Origin: Nitrospinota bacterium
GTDB lineage: Bacteria > UBA8248
Assembly: GCA_030754595.1 (NCBI GenBank)
Contig: JASLZZ010000050.1
Span: 1 to 58,283, forward strand
Direction of reading: 5' to 3'
Length of the DNA: 58,283 bases
The notes beneath the pieces are model-generated. The model did no database searches. It worked only from the letters and a program-made list of their open reading frames with translations, and was not told the DNA's origin. Shown here in pieces: positions 40,645 to 50,928 of this stretch. The position numbers were made by a program, and so were the translations under genes. Positions within the stretch are counted from its first letter, which is position 1; each line of letters begins with the position of its first letter.

Positions 40645-41613
40645 CTACTCCTTGTAGAAACGCGCGGCGCCCGGGTGCAGCGGAGCGCCGAGGCCCTTGC
40701 CGGCCGATTTCGGTTTCCATTTCTTGTAAATCTTGTGGACGCCGCTGAGGAATTTTTTGTTGTCGACGATGATCTTGAGTGTGTTGTAGACTACACTTGG
40801 GTCCATTTTGTCGGTGGTCAGGAGGACGCCATTCGCCCCCACGGACGGAGTCGCCTTATCGATGCCCCGGTAGATGCCGCCCGGAATCTTGCAGGGAGAG
40901 AAGCCGGCCTTTACGAGCATATTCTTAGCGTCATCCTCCAGTCTGAGAAATCGGAGGTTGCGTCCGATCGCCGCCTGGATTCCGGCGCCGTTCGGATCGC
41001 CCGAGTTATGAAAGTAAAAATCGATCTGACTCGAGCGAATCGCCCGCGACATGCCGTTCACGCCCGCGAAATTCAGCTTGTAGCCGCGCTTCTTGAGATC
41101 CTTGTAGCTGGATCCGTAGTGCGTGACGATGAGCCGGGTAATGTACTCCGTGCTCGTCCCCTTCTTTGCGGGCCCGACCTTGAGCGGTTTCTTGGAGTTG
41201 ACGATGTCCTTCCAGGAGCGGATACCCGCGTCAATCTGGTCCTTCGCGGCGTACTGGTGGTAGCAAGACTGCCAGAACTGGGCGATGCCCCTGAGATTCG
41301 GATACTTCTTCTTGAAGGGCACCTTGCCCGCAGTGGCGTTCGCCACGAAGTTCGAGAACGAATAGCCGATGTCGCCGCCGCCGCTGCCGATGCGGGCGGG
41401 GTTCGCCCGGCCGCCGCCGGGGACGACGCTGAATTTGAAGTTTTTCGCCTTGCGGTTGACGATGTCGGCCAGACCCGCTCCGAGACGGCCCATCGTGCCG
41501 CCGAGGCTGCCGACCACGAGTGAATACTGCTTGGGCGCGCTTTCCGCCCGGTTGATCACCGCGAGCGGTGCCGCCAGAGCCAGGATCGCCGCAATAATCG
41601 TTGCCTTTCGCAT
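40645..41613 (-). CDS. TAXI-family TRAP solute-binding protein
   Basis: Signal peptide, GSLGGT, GGGRAN and PLHPGAARFYKE motifs. Confidence 0.92.
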   Translation of the reverse strand: MRKATIIAAILALAAPLAVINRAESAPKQYSLVVGSLGGTMGRLGAGLADIVNRKAKNFKFSVVPGGGRANPARIGSGGGDIGYSFSNFVANATAGKVPFKKKYPNLRGIAQFWQSCYHQYAAKDQIDAGIRSWKDIVNSKKPLKVGPAKKGTSTEYITRLIVTHYGSSYKDLKKRGYKLNFAGVNGMSRAIRSSQIDFYFHNSGDPNGAGIQAAIGRNLRFLRLEDDAKNMLVKAGFSPCKIPGGIYRGIDKATPSVGANGVLLTTDKMDPSVVYNTLKIIVDNKKFLSGVHKIYKKWKPKSAGKGLGAPLHPGAARFYKE

Positions 41614-41741
41614 GATTTTCCTCCTGTTTTCGTTCTCGGCCTACGCTTGCGCGTACACCCTTCATGGAAGAAGGCATGCGGCGAAAAATTTTTTAAAAAA
41701 ACCGTCATGCCGCCACTGCGTGGCCTGAATTTATTTAACCG

Positions 41742-41761
41742 TGTAGTGGATATATACTACA
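41742..41761. promoter_or_regulatory. Palindromic operator candidate between divergent TAXI and cupin genes
   Basis: TGTAGT-N8-ACTACA perfect inverted repeat in an AT-rich spacer. Confidence 0.4.
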
Positions 41762-41849
41762 AACACGGAGGGAAAGATATCAAGACAACACAGTCTCGAA
41801 TAGCGCCGGGCGACGTGTAGCGGCGCCTCTGGACTTCGCTAAGGATGCC

Positions 41850-41901
41850 CACCGGAGACGTTCACCGGAGGTGTTCACCGGGAGTGCTTACCGGATACGG
41901 G
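41850..41901 (+). repeat. Four degenerate 13-bp tandem repeats
   Basis: CACCGGAGACGTT / CACCGGAGGTGTT / CACCGGGAGTGCT / TACCGGATACGGG just upstream of the cupin RBS. Confidence 0.6.
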
Positions 41902-41919
41902 AGGGGGAGATAGAACGAA

Positions 41920-42270
41920 ATGCCGTTTTACAACTGGAACGAGATGAGGCGGAAGAACCTGGCCGCGCCTTCGGAATCGGAGGGTAGCATCATCATCGGC
42001 GAGCGCGTGACGCTGAACCGCTCGGTCGCCGCCCCCGGCAAGCTGGCGCGCCCGCACAGCCATGGCTGCGAGCAGTTGATCAGCATCGTGAGCGGATCGG
42101 GGTGGTTCCGGATCGGAGACGAGGAGCGGACCGTCACGGCCGGCGAAATTCTTCATATCCCGTTGGGGACGGAGCACGAGTTCAAGAACACGGGGGGCAC
42201 CGAGCTCGTCTACCTCTCGTTCAAGAACAAATCCGAGGATTGGCCTCCCCCGACGGCGACCATGGACTAG
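41920..42270 (+). CDS. Cupin domain protein
   Basis: PHSHGCEQ and HIPLGTEH metal-binding cupin motifs. Confidence 0.9.
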   Translation: MPFYNWNEMRRKNLAAPSESEGSIIIGERVTLNRSVAAPGKLARPHSHGCEQLISIVSGSGWFRIGDEERTVTAGEILHIPLGTEHEFKNTGGTELVYLSFKNKSEDWPPPTATMD

Positions 42271-42365
42271 ACCCCCCTTCTATTCTGCCCCCCTTCCCTT
42301 TTGACGGAAAAGGCGGGCCGGTTTTCATCGTTCACGCGGTTTTCACCGTTTAGGGAGGCTCGGAG

Positions 42366-42716
42366 ATGCCCTTTTACAGCTGGGACGATATGAAGCGGCG
42401 TAATCTGGTGAAGACGACCGACTCCGAGGGTAGCCTCATCCTCGGGGAGTTCACCACGGTGACCCGCCAGGTCCAGGGGCCCGGAAAGGCCACCCGGCCG
42501 CACATCCACGGCTGCGAGCAGATGATTCAAATCGTCGAGGGCGAGGGGTGGTTCCGGGTGGGCGATGAGGAGAAAACCGTCCACGCTGGTGAGATGGTGC
42601 ATATCCCCGAGGGGACGCTGCACGAGCAGCGAAACGCTGGCGCTGGTCGCTTCGTCTACCTCTCGTTCAAGAACCGCTCGGAAGACTGGCCCCCGCCCGA
42701 GGCGCTCGACTCCTGA
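42366..42716 (+). CDS. Cupin domain protein (tandem paralog)
   Basis: PHIHGCEQ and HIPEGTLH motifs; same 116 aa length and shared MPFY.W and YLSFKN.SEDWPPP ends. Confidence 0.9.
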   Translation: MPFYSWDDMKRRNLVKTTDSEGSLILGEFTTVTRQVQGPGKATRPHIHGCEQMIQIVEGEGWFRVGDEEKTVHAGEMVHIPEGTLHEQRNAGAGRFVYLSFKNRSEDWPPPEALDS

Positions 42717-42774
42717 TAATCCCTTGAAGACCTGACGGCTCCTGAAGGGCTGAAGGCCTCACGACTCCGGGGCT

Positions 42775-43893
42775 CTAGCCCCGCCCTTCGATCTCCTCGG
42801 CCGTGATCGGCAGTTTGACCACATCTCCATTCGCAGCGGAAAGATCCATCGCCATCGTCAGCAGCAGATTCTCGTGCCCCTCGGCGGCCGTCGTGTGGGG
42901 CGTGTCGATTCCCATGTAAATCCGGGCGAGCCAGGAGTTCGTCTCCTCGCGCATGGGCCCCCAGAGCTGGCCCAGGGCGATGTCGCCCGGCGGATAGCTG
43001 GTCAGGAAGCTCACGCTCTTGCGCTCGGTGGGCCGCTGGGTCGTGTGCGGGGTGTCAGAGGCGAGGACCAGATCGCGGTGGGTGTCGTCTATCGTCAGCA
43101 CCCCGTCGGTCCCCACGATTCCGATCTCGAGGCTGTAGACCGTCGGCGGCCAAAGGGACGGCAGCGCCCAGTTGATGCACATATTCCAGATCGTTCCGTC
43201 CTCGAAAGTGAATACTCCCATGGTGGCGTCCTTCGTCCCGTAGGGGACGAACGCCTTGGCCACCGAGCGGGCGTAAACCTCGGCGGGTTTTTTGCCGGCC
43301 AGAAGCCACATGCAGATGTCGAGGGTGTGCGTCCCGGAAATGACCATCGGCGTCATCTGGCGGGGGTCCTCCGCCGCCTGGAAGACGCCGATGGGCGTCA
43401 GGCTGTTCAAAAAGGCGAGAGAGACCACGGTGGTCACGTCGCCCAACTCGCCCGCGCCCACTTTCTCCTTGGCGACCAGAAAACGCCGCCTGAAGCGCTG
43501 GGTGTAGCCGATTACGGTGTCCGATCCGTTTCGCTCGATGAGCGAGAGGAGCTCGGCCGACTCGCGCGCCCCGGTCGCCAGCGGTTTTTCGACCAGCATG
43601 GGGAGGCCCCGCTCGGCCGCCGCGCGGACGGGGGCGACGTGCGTGGACGCGTCGGTGGCGATGATAGCGGCGTTGACCTCGGAGCGGTCGAGAAGCTCGT
43701 CGATATCGGTGGTGAAAAAATCGGCCCCGGTGTCCTCGGCCAGTTTTTTTTCCGCCCCCTCGTCGATGTCGCACAACCCCAGCCACTCGACGCCGGGGTA
43801 GTCGGCGGCGAAGCCGGCCCGGATTCGCCCGATACTGCCGCACCCGATCAGGGCCAGGCCTATCGGTTTTTTTTCTCGTTTCGCAGCGCTCAC
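42775..43893 (-). CDS. Gfo/Idh/MocA family oxidoreductase
   Basis: IGCGSIG, VEKPLA and GYTQRF motifs; GTG at 43893 with AAGGAG RBS. Confidence 0.92.
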   Translation of the reverse strand: MSAAKREKKPIGLALIGCGSIGRIRAGFAADYPGVEWLGLCDIDEGAEKKLAEDTGADFFTTDIDELLDRSEVNAAIIATDASTHVAPVRAAAERGLPMLVEKPLATGARESAELLSLIERNGSDTVIGYTQRFRRRFLVAKEKVGAGELGDVTTVVSLAFLNSLTPIGVFQAAEDPRQMTPMVISGTHTLDICMWLLAGKKPAEVYARSVAKAFVPYGTKDATMGVFTFEDGTIWNMCINWALPSLWPPTVYSLEIGIVGTDGVLTIDDTHRDLVLASDTPHTTQRPTERKSVSFLTSYPPGDIALGQLWGPMREETNSWLARIYMGIDTPHTTAAEGHENLLLTMAMDLSAANGDVVKLPITAEEIEGRG

Positions 43894-43932
43894 AAAATCT
43901 CCTTTATAAGATCGAAAAATAAGGACCAAAAC

Positions 43933-44677
43933 TTACGAAGACAAGAATTCCACCCGCGGCGGGTGGTAAGAGAAGCATCCCTCGGGCCGGAGAAGAACCC
44001 GGGTTCCCGGCGCGAGGGTCTCGGCGTGTTTCCGGAATTCCTCGGGGCTTTTCGACTCCGGGAAATAGTGCATCGGAATCACCACGTCGGGGCCCAGCCA
44101 CTGGGTGGCCAGGGCCGCGTCGAGGGGGCTCATCTCCGAGGGGGTCTCGGGGAGCACCGAATCCACCGGCATCATCACCACCTGGGGATGGCAAAGCTCG
44201 GCGATGAGGCGGATGTCCCCGAACAGGCAGGTGTCGCCCGGATGATAGATTCGAACGCCATCCTCCGTGTAGATGACGAAGCCGAGGGGGGGGCGACGAC
44301 ATGTAGACATCTTTTTCCGGCGAGATGAACGAGGCGTGATGCGCCACCGTGGCGCGGACCCGGACGCCCTTTACCTCCCGCGTCGCGCCGGGCTGGGTTC
44401 CGAGAATCTGCGCCTTCGGCAGCCCCTCCCGATCCGCCAGGGCGCGCACATCGTGGCCCGACATGAAGACGGCGCCGGTGCGCCGGGCGATCTCGACTGA
44501 CTCGCCGACATGGTCCCACGCGCCGTGACTGACGAGGATCAGGTCTGCGGCGTCGATCTCCTCGGCCTTGAGTGGGCTGAGGGGGTTCCTGTTGAGGCAG
44601 AGGTCGATAAATATCCGCACCCCGCTCGCGGTGACGACCTCGAAAGCGGAGATGCCCAGAAAACGTATCTTGACCAT
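43933..44677 (-). pseudogene. Metallo-beta-lactamase-fold hydrolase with +1 frameshift in a C8 run (44286-44293)
   Basis: SHGAWDH in one frame and PLGFVI..IYHPGDT..IPMHY in another; C7 instead of C8 restores a single ORF. Confidence 0.82.
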
Positions 44678-44827
44678 CGCATCCTCCTAGCGCTGGCGGA
44701 CGCCAGCCGTTGCGCGAATTTGGCGGTGAAAGCGGATTCTAGCCTTTCGATATTCTCCGGTCGAGGCGTGGGCCCTGGCCGAGCCACAGGCTCGGGTTGA
44801 GACGCCCGCCGCCGGTTTTGGCGCACA

Positions 44828-45229
44828 TCATTTCTCCTGTTTCCAGTCCCCTTTTTCTTCGTCCCACAGATCGAGCACTTCCTTGGCGGCGTAGAGCGCG
44901 TGGTTCGTCTTCGGGAATCCGATATAAGGCGCGCAGTTCAGGATGGTGTCGATCACCTCGCCCCTCGTCCCCCCGCGGTTCAGCGCCCCCCGGACGTGCA
45001 TCTTCACCTCTCCGGGGAGGTCCTGTGCGGCAGCGGTGGCGATGACGATCAGCTCGCGGAACTTCATGTCGAGGTGCGGCTGGTCCCACATCTGTCCAAA
45101 ACAGTATTCGTGAATGGCCCGCGCATGGGACGGGGCGATCTCGTTCAACTCGTTCCACCGCCCGGTGCCCTCGTCCCTGAATGCCTCGTCCCGGATCTCT
45201 TTTCCCCTGGCGTATTCTTGCTCGCTCAT
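44828..45229 (-). CDS. Carboxymuconolactone decarboxylase family protein
   Basis: EYCFGQMW..LDMKFRELIVIA..HVRGALNRG..APYIGFP motif. Confidence 0.9.
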   Translation of the reverse strand: MSEQEYARGKEIRDEAFRDEGTGRWNELNEIAPSHARAIHEYCFGQMWDQPHLDMKFRELIVIATAAAQDLPGEVKMHVRGALNRGGTRGEVIDTILNCAPYIGFPKTNHALYAAKEVLDLWDEEKGDWKQEK

Positions 45230-45480
45230 GCGCAACTCCTCTCGTGAATTGAAACCGATTGGGCGCCCGGCGCCGGGGCGGCGCCCGCCCCATACGCCAT
45301 CGGCCGGCAAATATTTCCTCTTGTGGAATCATCAGATTCCCGTTTCCCTGAAATCGCTCGTTCCCCCATTCGTCAAATACTCCAATTTCATTTTTTCAGT
45401 TGATGCTTCATTTCCCTGTTTAAAAACCAAAAGAGATCGGGGACACAGTAAATCGGGAGGCGCCAGCTTACTCTAGTTTC

Positions 45481-47030
45481 ATGGGTGGCGAGTTCTCCGA
45501 AAGCAATTCCAACGGCAAAGAGGATGACGCGATGTCGTATTCAAGCCCCCAGATTTCCGCGCCGGAGTCGCCGATGAGGGAACACCCTTAGACAATTCAC
45601 ATCGTCTACAGCGATCCCCGTGAAAGCGGGAAAATCGAATCCCATCTCCGCCGCGAGGGCTTCTCCGTCCAGTGTTTCCCGGACGGGGAATCGTTCTTGG
45701 CCGCCAGCCACCCCTCCCCCACATCATCCTGCTCGGCATCGTCCTGCCCGGCATCGGGAGCCTCGAGACCCTCTCGCGCATCAACAACCTTTATACGGAC
45801 TCCCGGGTCATCCTTCTCTCCGATCATGAGAGGGCCGAGTTCTGCTTCCGGGCGATGCGTCTCGGCGCGCACGATGTGGTTCTCGATCCGTATGCGCCGG
45901 GCCACCTCGGCCTTTCGATCCAAAACGCCTTGGGCACAATAAACCTGCTGAGCGAGATTAAAAGGCTCAAGAGGGAGCTGCGAATCAAGCACGACTTCAA
46001 GGAAATCATCGGATCGAGCCCCGCCCTTTGCAAAATGATGGACGATCTCAGGCGGATGGCCGAGAACAATCTCCCCGTCCTTTTCCGGGGAGAAAGCGGC
46101 ACCGGCAAGGAACTCGCCGCACGCACTCTCCACTACAACAGCCTGCGCTTTGACGAGCCTTTTTTCACCATCAACTGCGCGGTCTTGAGAAAAGAAAGCT
46201 CTCTGGAAGAAGTGTTCGCCCCTATTCTGACGACCCCCTCCCGGAAAGACAGAAAACCGGGGTCGGAGTGGCAGCGCCATCAAGGCGGAACCCTGTTCCT
46301 CGACGAGATCGGCGACATGGACCCCGCCATTCGGGTAAAACTCCTCGAAAGAATCGGCTCGGGCGGAAACTTCCGCGTATCGAGTTCCGGCCCGACAATC
46401 GGCGCGAGGCTCTTTTTCTCGGTCCGGACCGATCCCCGCGACCGGGAGCGGGCGGAACGGGTCATCTCCAGCCTCTCGGAGCGGTTCGCGCCCCGCGAAA
46501 TCGGCGTTCCCCCTCTACGGGACCGTCCGGGCGATATCGATCCTCTCGTGAAGCATTTCCTCTCGGAATTCGAAGTCGGGGCCCATGGCCTGATCACCCG
46601 CGTGAGCCGGGAAGCGCTCGAGGTCCTAGGCGCCTACGGTTGGCCGGGAAATATCCGGGAGCTTAAGAACATCGTTTGCCAGGCCTCTCTCATGAATGCG
46701 GCCTCTCCTATCGACCCGGAGGACCTTCCGCCTTCGATTCGCACGGGGGCGGTCCGCACCGACGACTGGGCAGGAAGCATCCAGGCCGGAGACATGGTTG
46801 ATTCCAAGAGAGGAGAACCGGCGATCGGAGCTGGGAAGCCGCCGCTGATCGATCATCCGCCCCGGGAGGAGAATCCCGCCTTTAATTTCTCGCTCCGGGA
46901 AACCGAGAAGCGTCAGATCCGGCGGGCGCTGGGCCACACGGGCGGCAACCTCTCCCGCGCGGCCTCCCTATTGGGGATCAGCCGCTCCGCGCTCTACCGC
47001 CGACTGGAGAAGTTGGGCATTTCCAGATAA
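45481..47030 (+). pseudogene. Degenerate NtrC-like sigma54 response regulator
   Basis: GESGTGKE, GGTLFLDEIG, WPGNIREL and a Fis HTH are present. The receiver region has a TAG at 45589, a frameshift near 45720 and no phospho-Asp; GAFTGA is absent. Confidence 0.78.
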
Positions 47031-47174
47031 TCGCGAAAAAATCCGTCCGGGCTCAAACCCCCTCCGGCAGGGGGAGCTTGACCGCTTCCCCGGCCCGGAC
47101 GGACGCCTCGATTGCCGTCGTGACCCCCAGGGTCTGGCGGGCTTGATCGGCCGTGGTGTGGGGCACGGTCTTCC

Positions 47175-48353
47175 CTACAGATCGTCCATCGCCTTGAGCA
47201 TGTTGACCTGGTTGGTGTTACCCATATGGAAGAGCTGGATGGCGTCGCGGTATATCTTCTCGATCGGGGCCTCTCTCATCACGCCCATGCCGCCCCAGAT
47301 TTCGACCGCGCGCGTCGTGACGAAGTTGAGCATATTGACAGTCATGACCTTCGTCGCCCGCGCCAACTTCGGGTCGTCGCTTCCCCCGTTGTCGATGCTG
47401 GTGGCCGAGCGCCACATCATCGTCCGCGACGCTTCGAGCCGGGTGAACATCTCGAGGAGCAGCGATCCGATAAGATGGTGCTCGATGATGGGCTTGCCGC
47501 CCTGGACACGCTCTTTCGCATAATCCAGCGTCAGTTCGTAGGCTCTCCGCGCGATGCCCAGGGCCGTCGAGGTGGCCTCGAGCGTGCCGATGTTGGTGAT
47601 ATCACGGCGGCCCGCATGGACCTCGTTCTCCACGCCCAGCAATTCGCTCTCGGGTATTCTACAGTCGTTGAAAATGAGGTCGTGCTGCGGATAGAGGCGA
47701 AGTCCCACCTTGTCGTGCAGGCGGCCGACCTCGAACCCCTCCTTTGGCGGAAAGAGCATGAATCCCGAGGTCCCCTCCGTCCAGGGAACGGATTTGTCCG
47801 TGCGCGCGAATATCGTCATGAATTTCGCCTGGGCCCCCATGGCGATGAACTGCTTGGTTCCGTTAAGGAAGTAATCGCCGCCCTTGCGCTCGGCGGTGAG
47901 CCCGGGCCCCGCCGACAGCGTTCCGCTATAGGGGAGCGAATTGTCGCTTCCCGAGTTCGGCTCGGTGATCCCGATGCTGATGCAGTAGCGGGGGTCCTCG
48001 AGGAAACCGGGAATCACGCGTTTGACCTGTTCCTCCGCGGCGATAGCCATCAGCCCGAAGAGGGCCTTCCAGTTGTGGCTGTATACCTTCGAGACCGCCG
48101 GCTCGCCCGCCGAGAGCTCCTCGATCACGATGCACTGGGTCAGGACATCGGCTCCGCTGCCACCGTATTTCTCGGGGACGGCCAGCGCGTTGAAGCCCAG
48201 CTTCGAGCCGCGCTCGACCAGCTCCCACGGAAACGAGTCGTCGCCGTCCGGAAGGCGGTCGAGTTCGGTGCACTGCGGGATAAGCTCGTCGCGGGCGAAA
48301 GTCCGGGCCAAGTCCCGAATCGCGCGCTGCTCCTCGGTCAGACTGAAATCCAT
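47175..48353 (-). CDS. Acyl-CoA dehydrogenase family protein
   Basis: MDFSLTEEQ, ITEPNSGSD, LNGTKQFI, RVQGGKPI, GGMG and EKIYRDA motifs. Confidence 0.93.
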   Translation of the reverse strand: MDFSLTEEQRAIRDLARTFARDELIPQCTELDRLPDGDDSFPWELVERGSKLGFNALAVPEKYGGSGADVLTQCIVIEELSAGEPAVSKVYSHNWKALFGLMAIAAEEQVKRVIPGFLEDPRYCISIGITEPNSGSDNSLPYSGTLSAGPGLTAERKGGDYFLNGTKQFIAMGAQAKFMTIFARTDKSVPWTEGTSGFMLFPPKEGFEVGRLHDKVGLRLYPQHDLIFNDCRIPESELLGVENEVHAGRRDITNIGTLEATSTALGIARRAYELTLDYAKERVQGGKPIIEHHLIGSLLLEMFTRLEASRTMMWRSATSIDNGGSDDPKLARATKVMTVNMLNFVTTRAVEIWGGMGVMREAPIEKIYRDAIQLFHMGNTNQVNMLKAMDDL

Positions 48354-48614
48354 ATGAATTCCCCCTAATATTTTCTCGGATGAATGAATTTTCACTTTAG
48401 GCCGCCGCCAGCCGAAGCGTCAACGCCGCAGGAGCCTCAACAGAGAAGCGATTCGGAATCGTGGCCGGAGTAATCGAGGCCAGTGGTAACGGATATAGGT
48501 GCCTCGTGATAGGCTGAAACAAAATCTCTCCAGGAAAGGACCCTCAAGGCGCTCTTTCGGGCTATCACCCGGCAGGCATTCACCCGAAGAGAGGGAATCG
48601 CAGGAGGCAGAAAT

Positions 48615-49973
48615 ATGAACGCTACCGAGAAGTTGGCGAAATTCATTGTCGAAACCCGTCTCGAAACGATTCCCGGGCCTGTCGTCCACACGGCCAAGAG
48701 ATCGATCGTGGACACTATCGGCGTGGCCCTGGCGGCGGGCGGGGAGCTCGTGGCGAAAAGCATCTCCGCCTACGTCCGGGGAATGTCGGAGGGCGGGGCC
48801 GCCACCGTTATCGGAGCGAGCCTGCGGACTTCCCCTCCCTGGGCGGCGCTGGCCAACGGCACCCTTGCGCACGCCCTTGATTTCGACGATACGAACTGGT
48901 CGATGGGCGGACACGCCAGCGCGGCCGTGCTGCCCGCCGTCCTGGCACAGGGAGAGGCGCAGGGCGCCTCGGGGCCGGAGATTATCGAGGCCTTCATCAT
49001 CGGTTTTGAAGTCGCCTCGAAGCTGGGCGCGGGCACGAGCATGGGGCTATACAACAACGGCTGGCACCCCACCAGCGTGCTGGGCACGATGGGGGCCGCC
49101 GCCGCCGCCGCCCATCTCAGGGGGCTTGACGTCGAGACCACCCGTCTCGTTCTCGGGTGCGCCGCCTCGCAGGCCTCGGGCGTGCGGTCGAATTTCGGAA
49201 CCATGACAAAACCGCTTCACGCCGGCCTCGCCGCCGAGGCGGGGGTGCGGGCGGCGGGGTTCGTCTCCGCCGGAATCACGGCCAACAGCGGAATCTTAGA
49301 GGCGCCCGTCGGCTATTGCGTGGCCTTCTCGGGCAAGGACGGCTACCGCCTCGACGAGATAACCGGCCGCCTGGGCAGCCCCTACGTCTTCGAGAAGCCG
49401 GGCAACAACCTCAAGCCCTACCCTTGCTGCATGTCGGCCCACGCCTCCATCGACGCCCTGCGCGATCTGATCGCAGAGGAGGACCTTTCCGCCGAGGGGG
49501 TCGAGCGCATCGATCTGGCACTGATGGCGCCGAATTTGTCGAACCTGAGCTATCACGAGCCAAAAACGGGGCTGGAGGGAAAATTCTCGGCCGAATACAC
49601 GTTGGCGCGGATGCTGACGGACCGCGCCCTGACCCTGGGCACGTTCACCGACGAGGCGGTCAACGAGCCCGCCGTCCGGGAAACGATGAAGAAAGTTCAC
49701 GTCCATCTAGCGGAAAACGAGGAATTGATCCAGGGCGCCTCACGCCCCATTACCCTGATCGTCCAAACCGGCGACGGGCGCAGGCTCGAAAAGCGCGCGA
49801 ATATTTCCCGGGGCAACGCGGGTTGGCCCCTGACCGACGAAGAGGTCCGGGACAAGTTCAGGGACTGCGCCGGGACGAAATTCGGTCCGGAAAAAACCAG
49901 GGAGGCGCTATCGGCGCTGGACCGGCTCGAGTCGGCCTCCGACATCCGGCCCGTTATGTCGCTGCTAGCCTGA
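48615..49973 (+). CDS. MmgE/PrpD family protein
   Basis: NGTLAHALDFDD, GWHPT, TKPLHAG, KPYPCC and KFS motifs. Confidence 0.93.
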   Translation: MNATEKLAKFIVETRLETIPGPVVHTAKRSIVDTIGVALAAGGELVAKSISAYVRGMSEGGAATVIGASLRTSPPWAALANGTLAHALDFDDTNWSMGGHASAAVLPAVLAQGEAQGASGPEIIEAFIIGFEVASKLGAGTSMGLYNNGWHPTSVLGTMGAAAAAAHLRGLDVETTRLVLGCAASQASGVRSNFGTMTKPLHAGLAAEAGVRAAGFVSAGITANSGILEAPVGYCVAFSGKDGYRLDEITGRLGSPYVFEKPGNNLKPYPCCMSAHASIDALRDLIAEEDLSAEGVERIDLALMAPNLSNLSYHEPKTGLEGKFSAEYTLARMLTDRALTLGTFTDEAVNEPAVRETMKKVHVHLAENEELIQGASRPITLIVQTGDGRRLEKRANISRGNAGWPLTDEEVRDKFRDCAGTKFGPEKTREALSALDRLESASDIRPVMSLLA

Positions 49974-50663
49974 GTCGCGGAACCTCGCCCGCTCCTCCCC
50001 CCGCTCCTGGGCCCGGCGCGCGGGGGTATCGGCCTGCTCCCGTTGGTCCGCATTTCCAGGGACTTCGGTGCATTTGGATGGACTTTTACCGCGAGACGAT
50101 TTTGACCCATTCGGCTTGCCGGCACGTCTCATGATCTCTCTGTTTCCCGGACAATTTTGCCTTTTCATTTTCACCTCAAACGCAATTTTTTTACGCCACG
50201 AGATTCATAATCGTTCCGCGCACCTGATCCAGCTCGGGATCGGAGGCCTCTCCCTGCCCGGACGGAGCAGGCACGAAGGTCGTCTCGGTTTTGAATTCGA
50301 GGTGAAATTTGCCCTGGAATTTAACGGCTGCGGCGACAACGTCTAACTGAGGGATACTTGATTCGACGATCATAAAAAAACTCCTCTTTCGTTCGGCAGG
50401 TCAACCATCAGTTCTATCCGGGCGAAACTGATTTGTGCCTTTGCGCCCCCGCCTCGCGGCGGGTTTGCCTTTATCGCGAAAGGACTAGGTCATATGGGTT
50501 TGGACGATAAAATTATCTCCAAGAGATAATATGGGGCGCAGGCAAACATTTTTTGTTAGATTGCTGTTAGGTTACGGTTAGATTTACCGCCAGAAAATTA
50601 AAACAAAGCGAAAATTGCTCAATACCGCCTCCCCGGGAGGCAGATCATCGGAGGATTTTCAGC

Positions 50664-50882
50664 ATGACCTACCCGCAGGCCATCATTGCCGCCGCCGTCC
50701 TCATCGCCGGAGCGATTTTTCTCTCCGCTCCCCGTTACCGGATTATATCCACCCCCACATGGAACGTCGTCTGGCGCGTGAACACCAGCAGCGGCGAAAC
50801 CGCCTACTGCTCCCAGGGCGAGGGCTCGTGCATCAAGTTGAGCGAAAAAGACATCTCACTGGTCCGCAAGGTGAAGAAATAG
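50664..50882 (+). CDS. Small membrane/secreted hypothetical protein
   Basis: GAGGA RBS, N-terminal hydrophobic helix, WRVNTSSGETAYC..C, followed by a hairpin. Confidence 0.6.
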   Translation: MTYPQAIIAAAVLIAGAIFLSAPRYRIISTPTWNVVWRVNTSSGETAYCSQGEGSCIKLSEKDISLVRKVKK

Positions 50883-50884
50883 CA

Positions 50885-50912
50885 CCGCCTCCCCCCGCCC
50901 GGGGGGAGGCGG
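50885..50912. terminator. Hairpin between convergent genes
   Basis: CCGCCTCCCCCC-GCCC-GGGGGGAGGCGG perfect 12-bp stem. Confidence 0.65.
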
Positions 50913-50928
50913 CGTATTTCGCTTCGGA

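Noticed and set aside
41850..41901. CRISPR array
   Set aside because: The 13-bp units are contiguous with no spacers and there are no cas genes; no array was seen anywhere in the window.
50191..50373. 60 aa minus-strand ORF with a possible RBS
   Set aside because: Short and without recognisable motifs; it may be real but cannot be supported from sequence alone.
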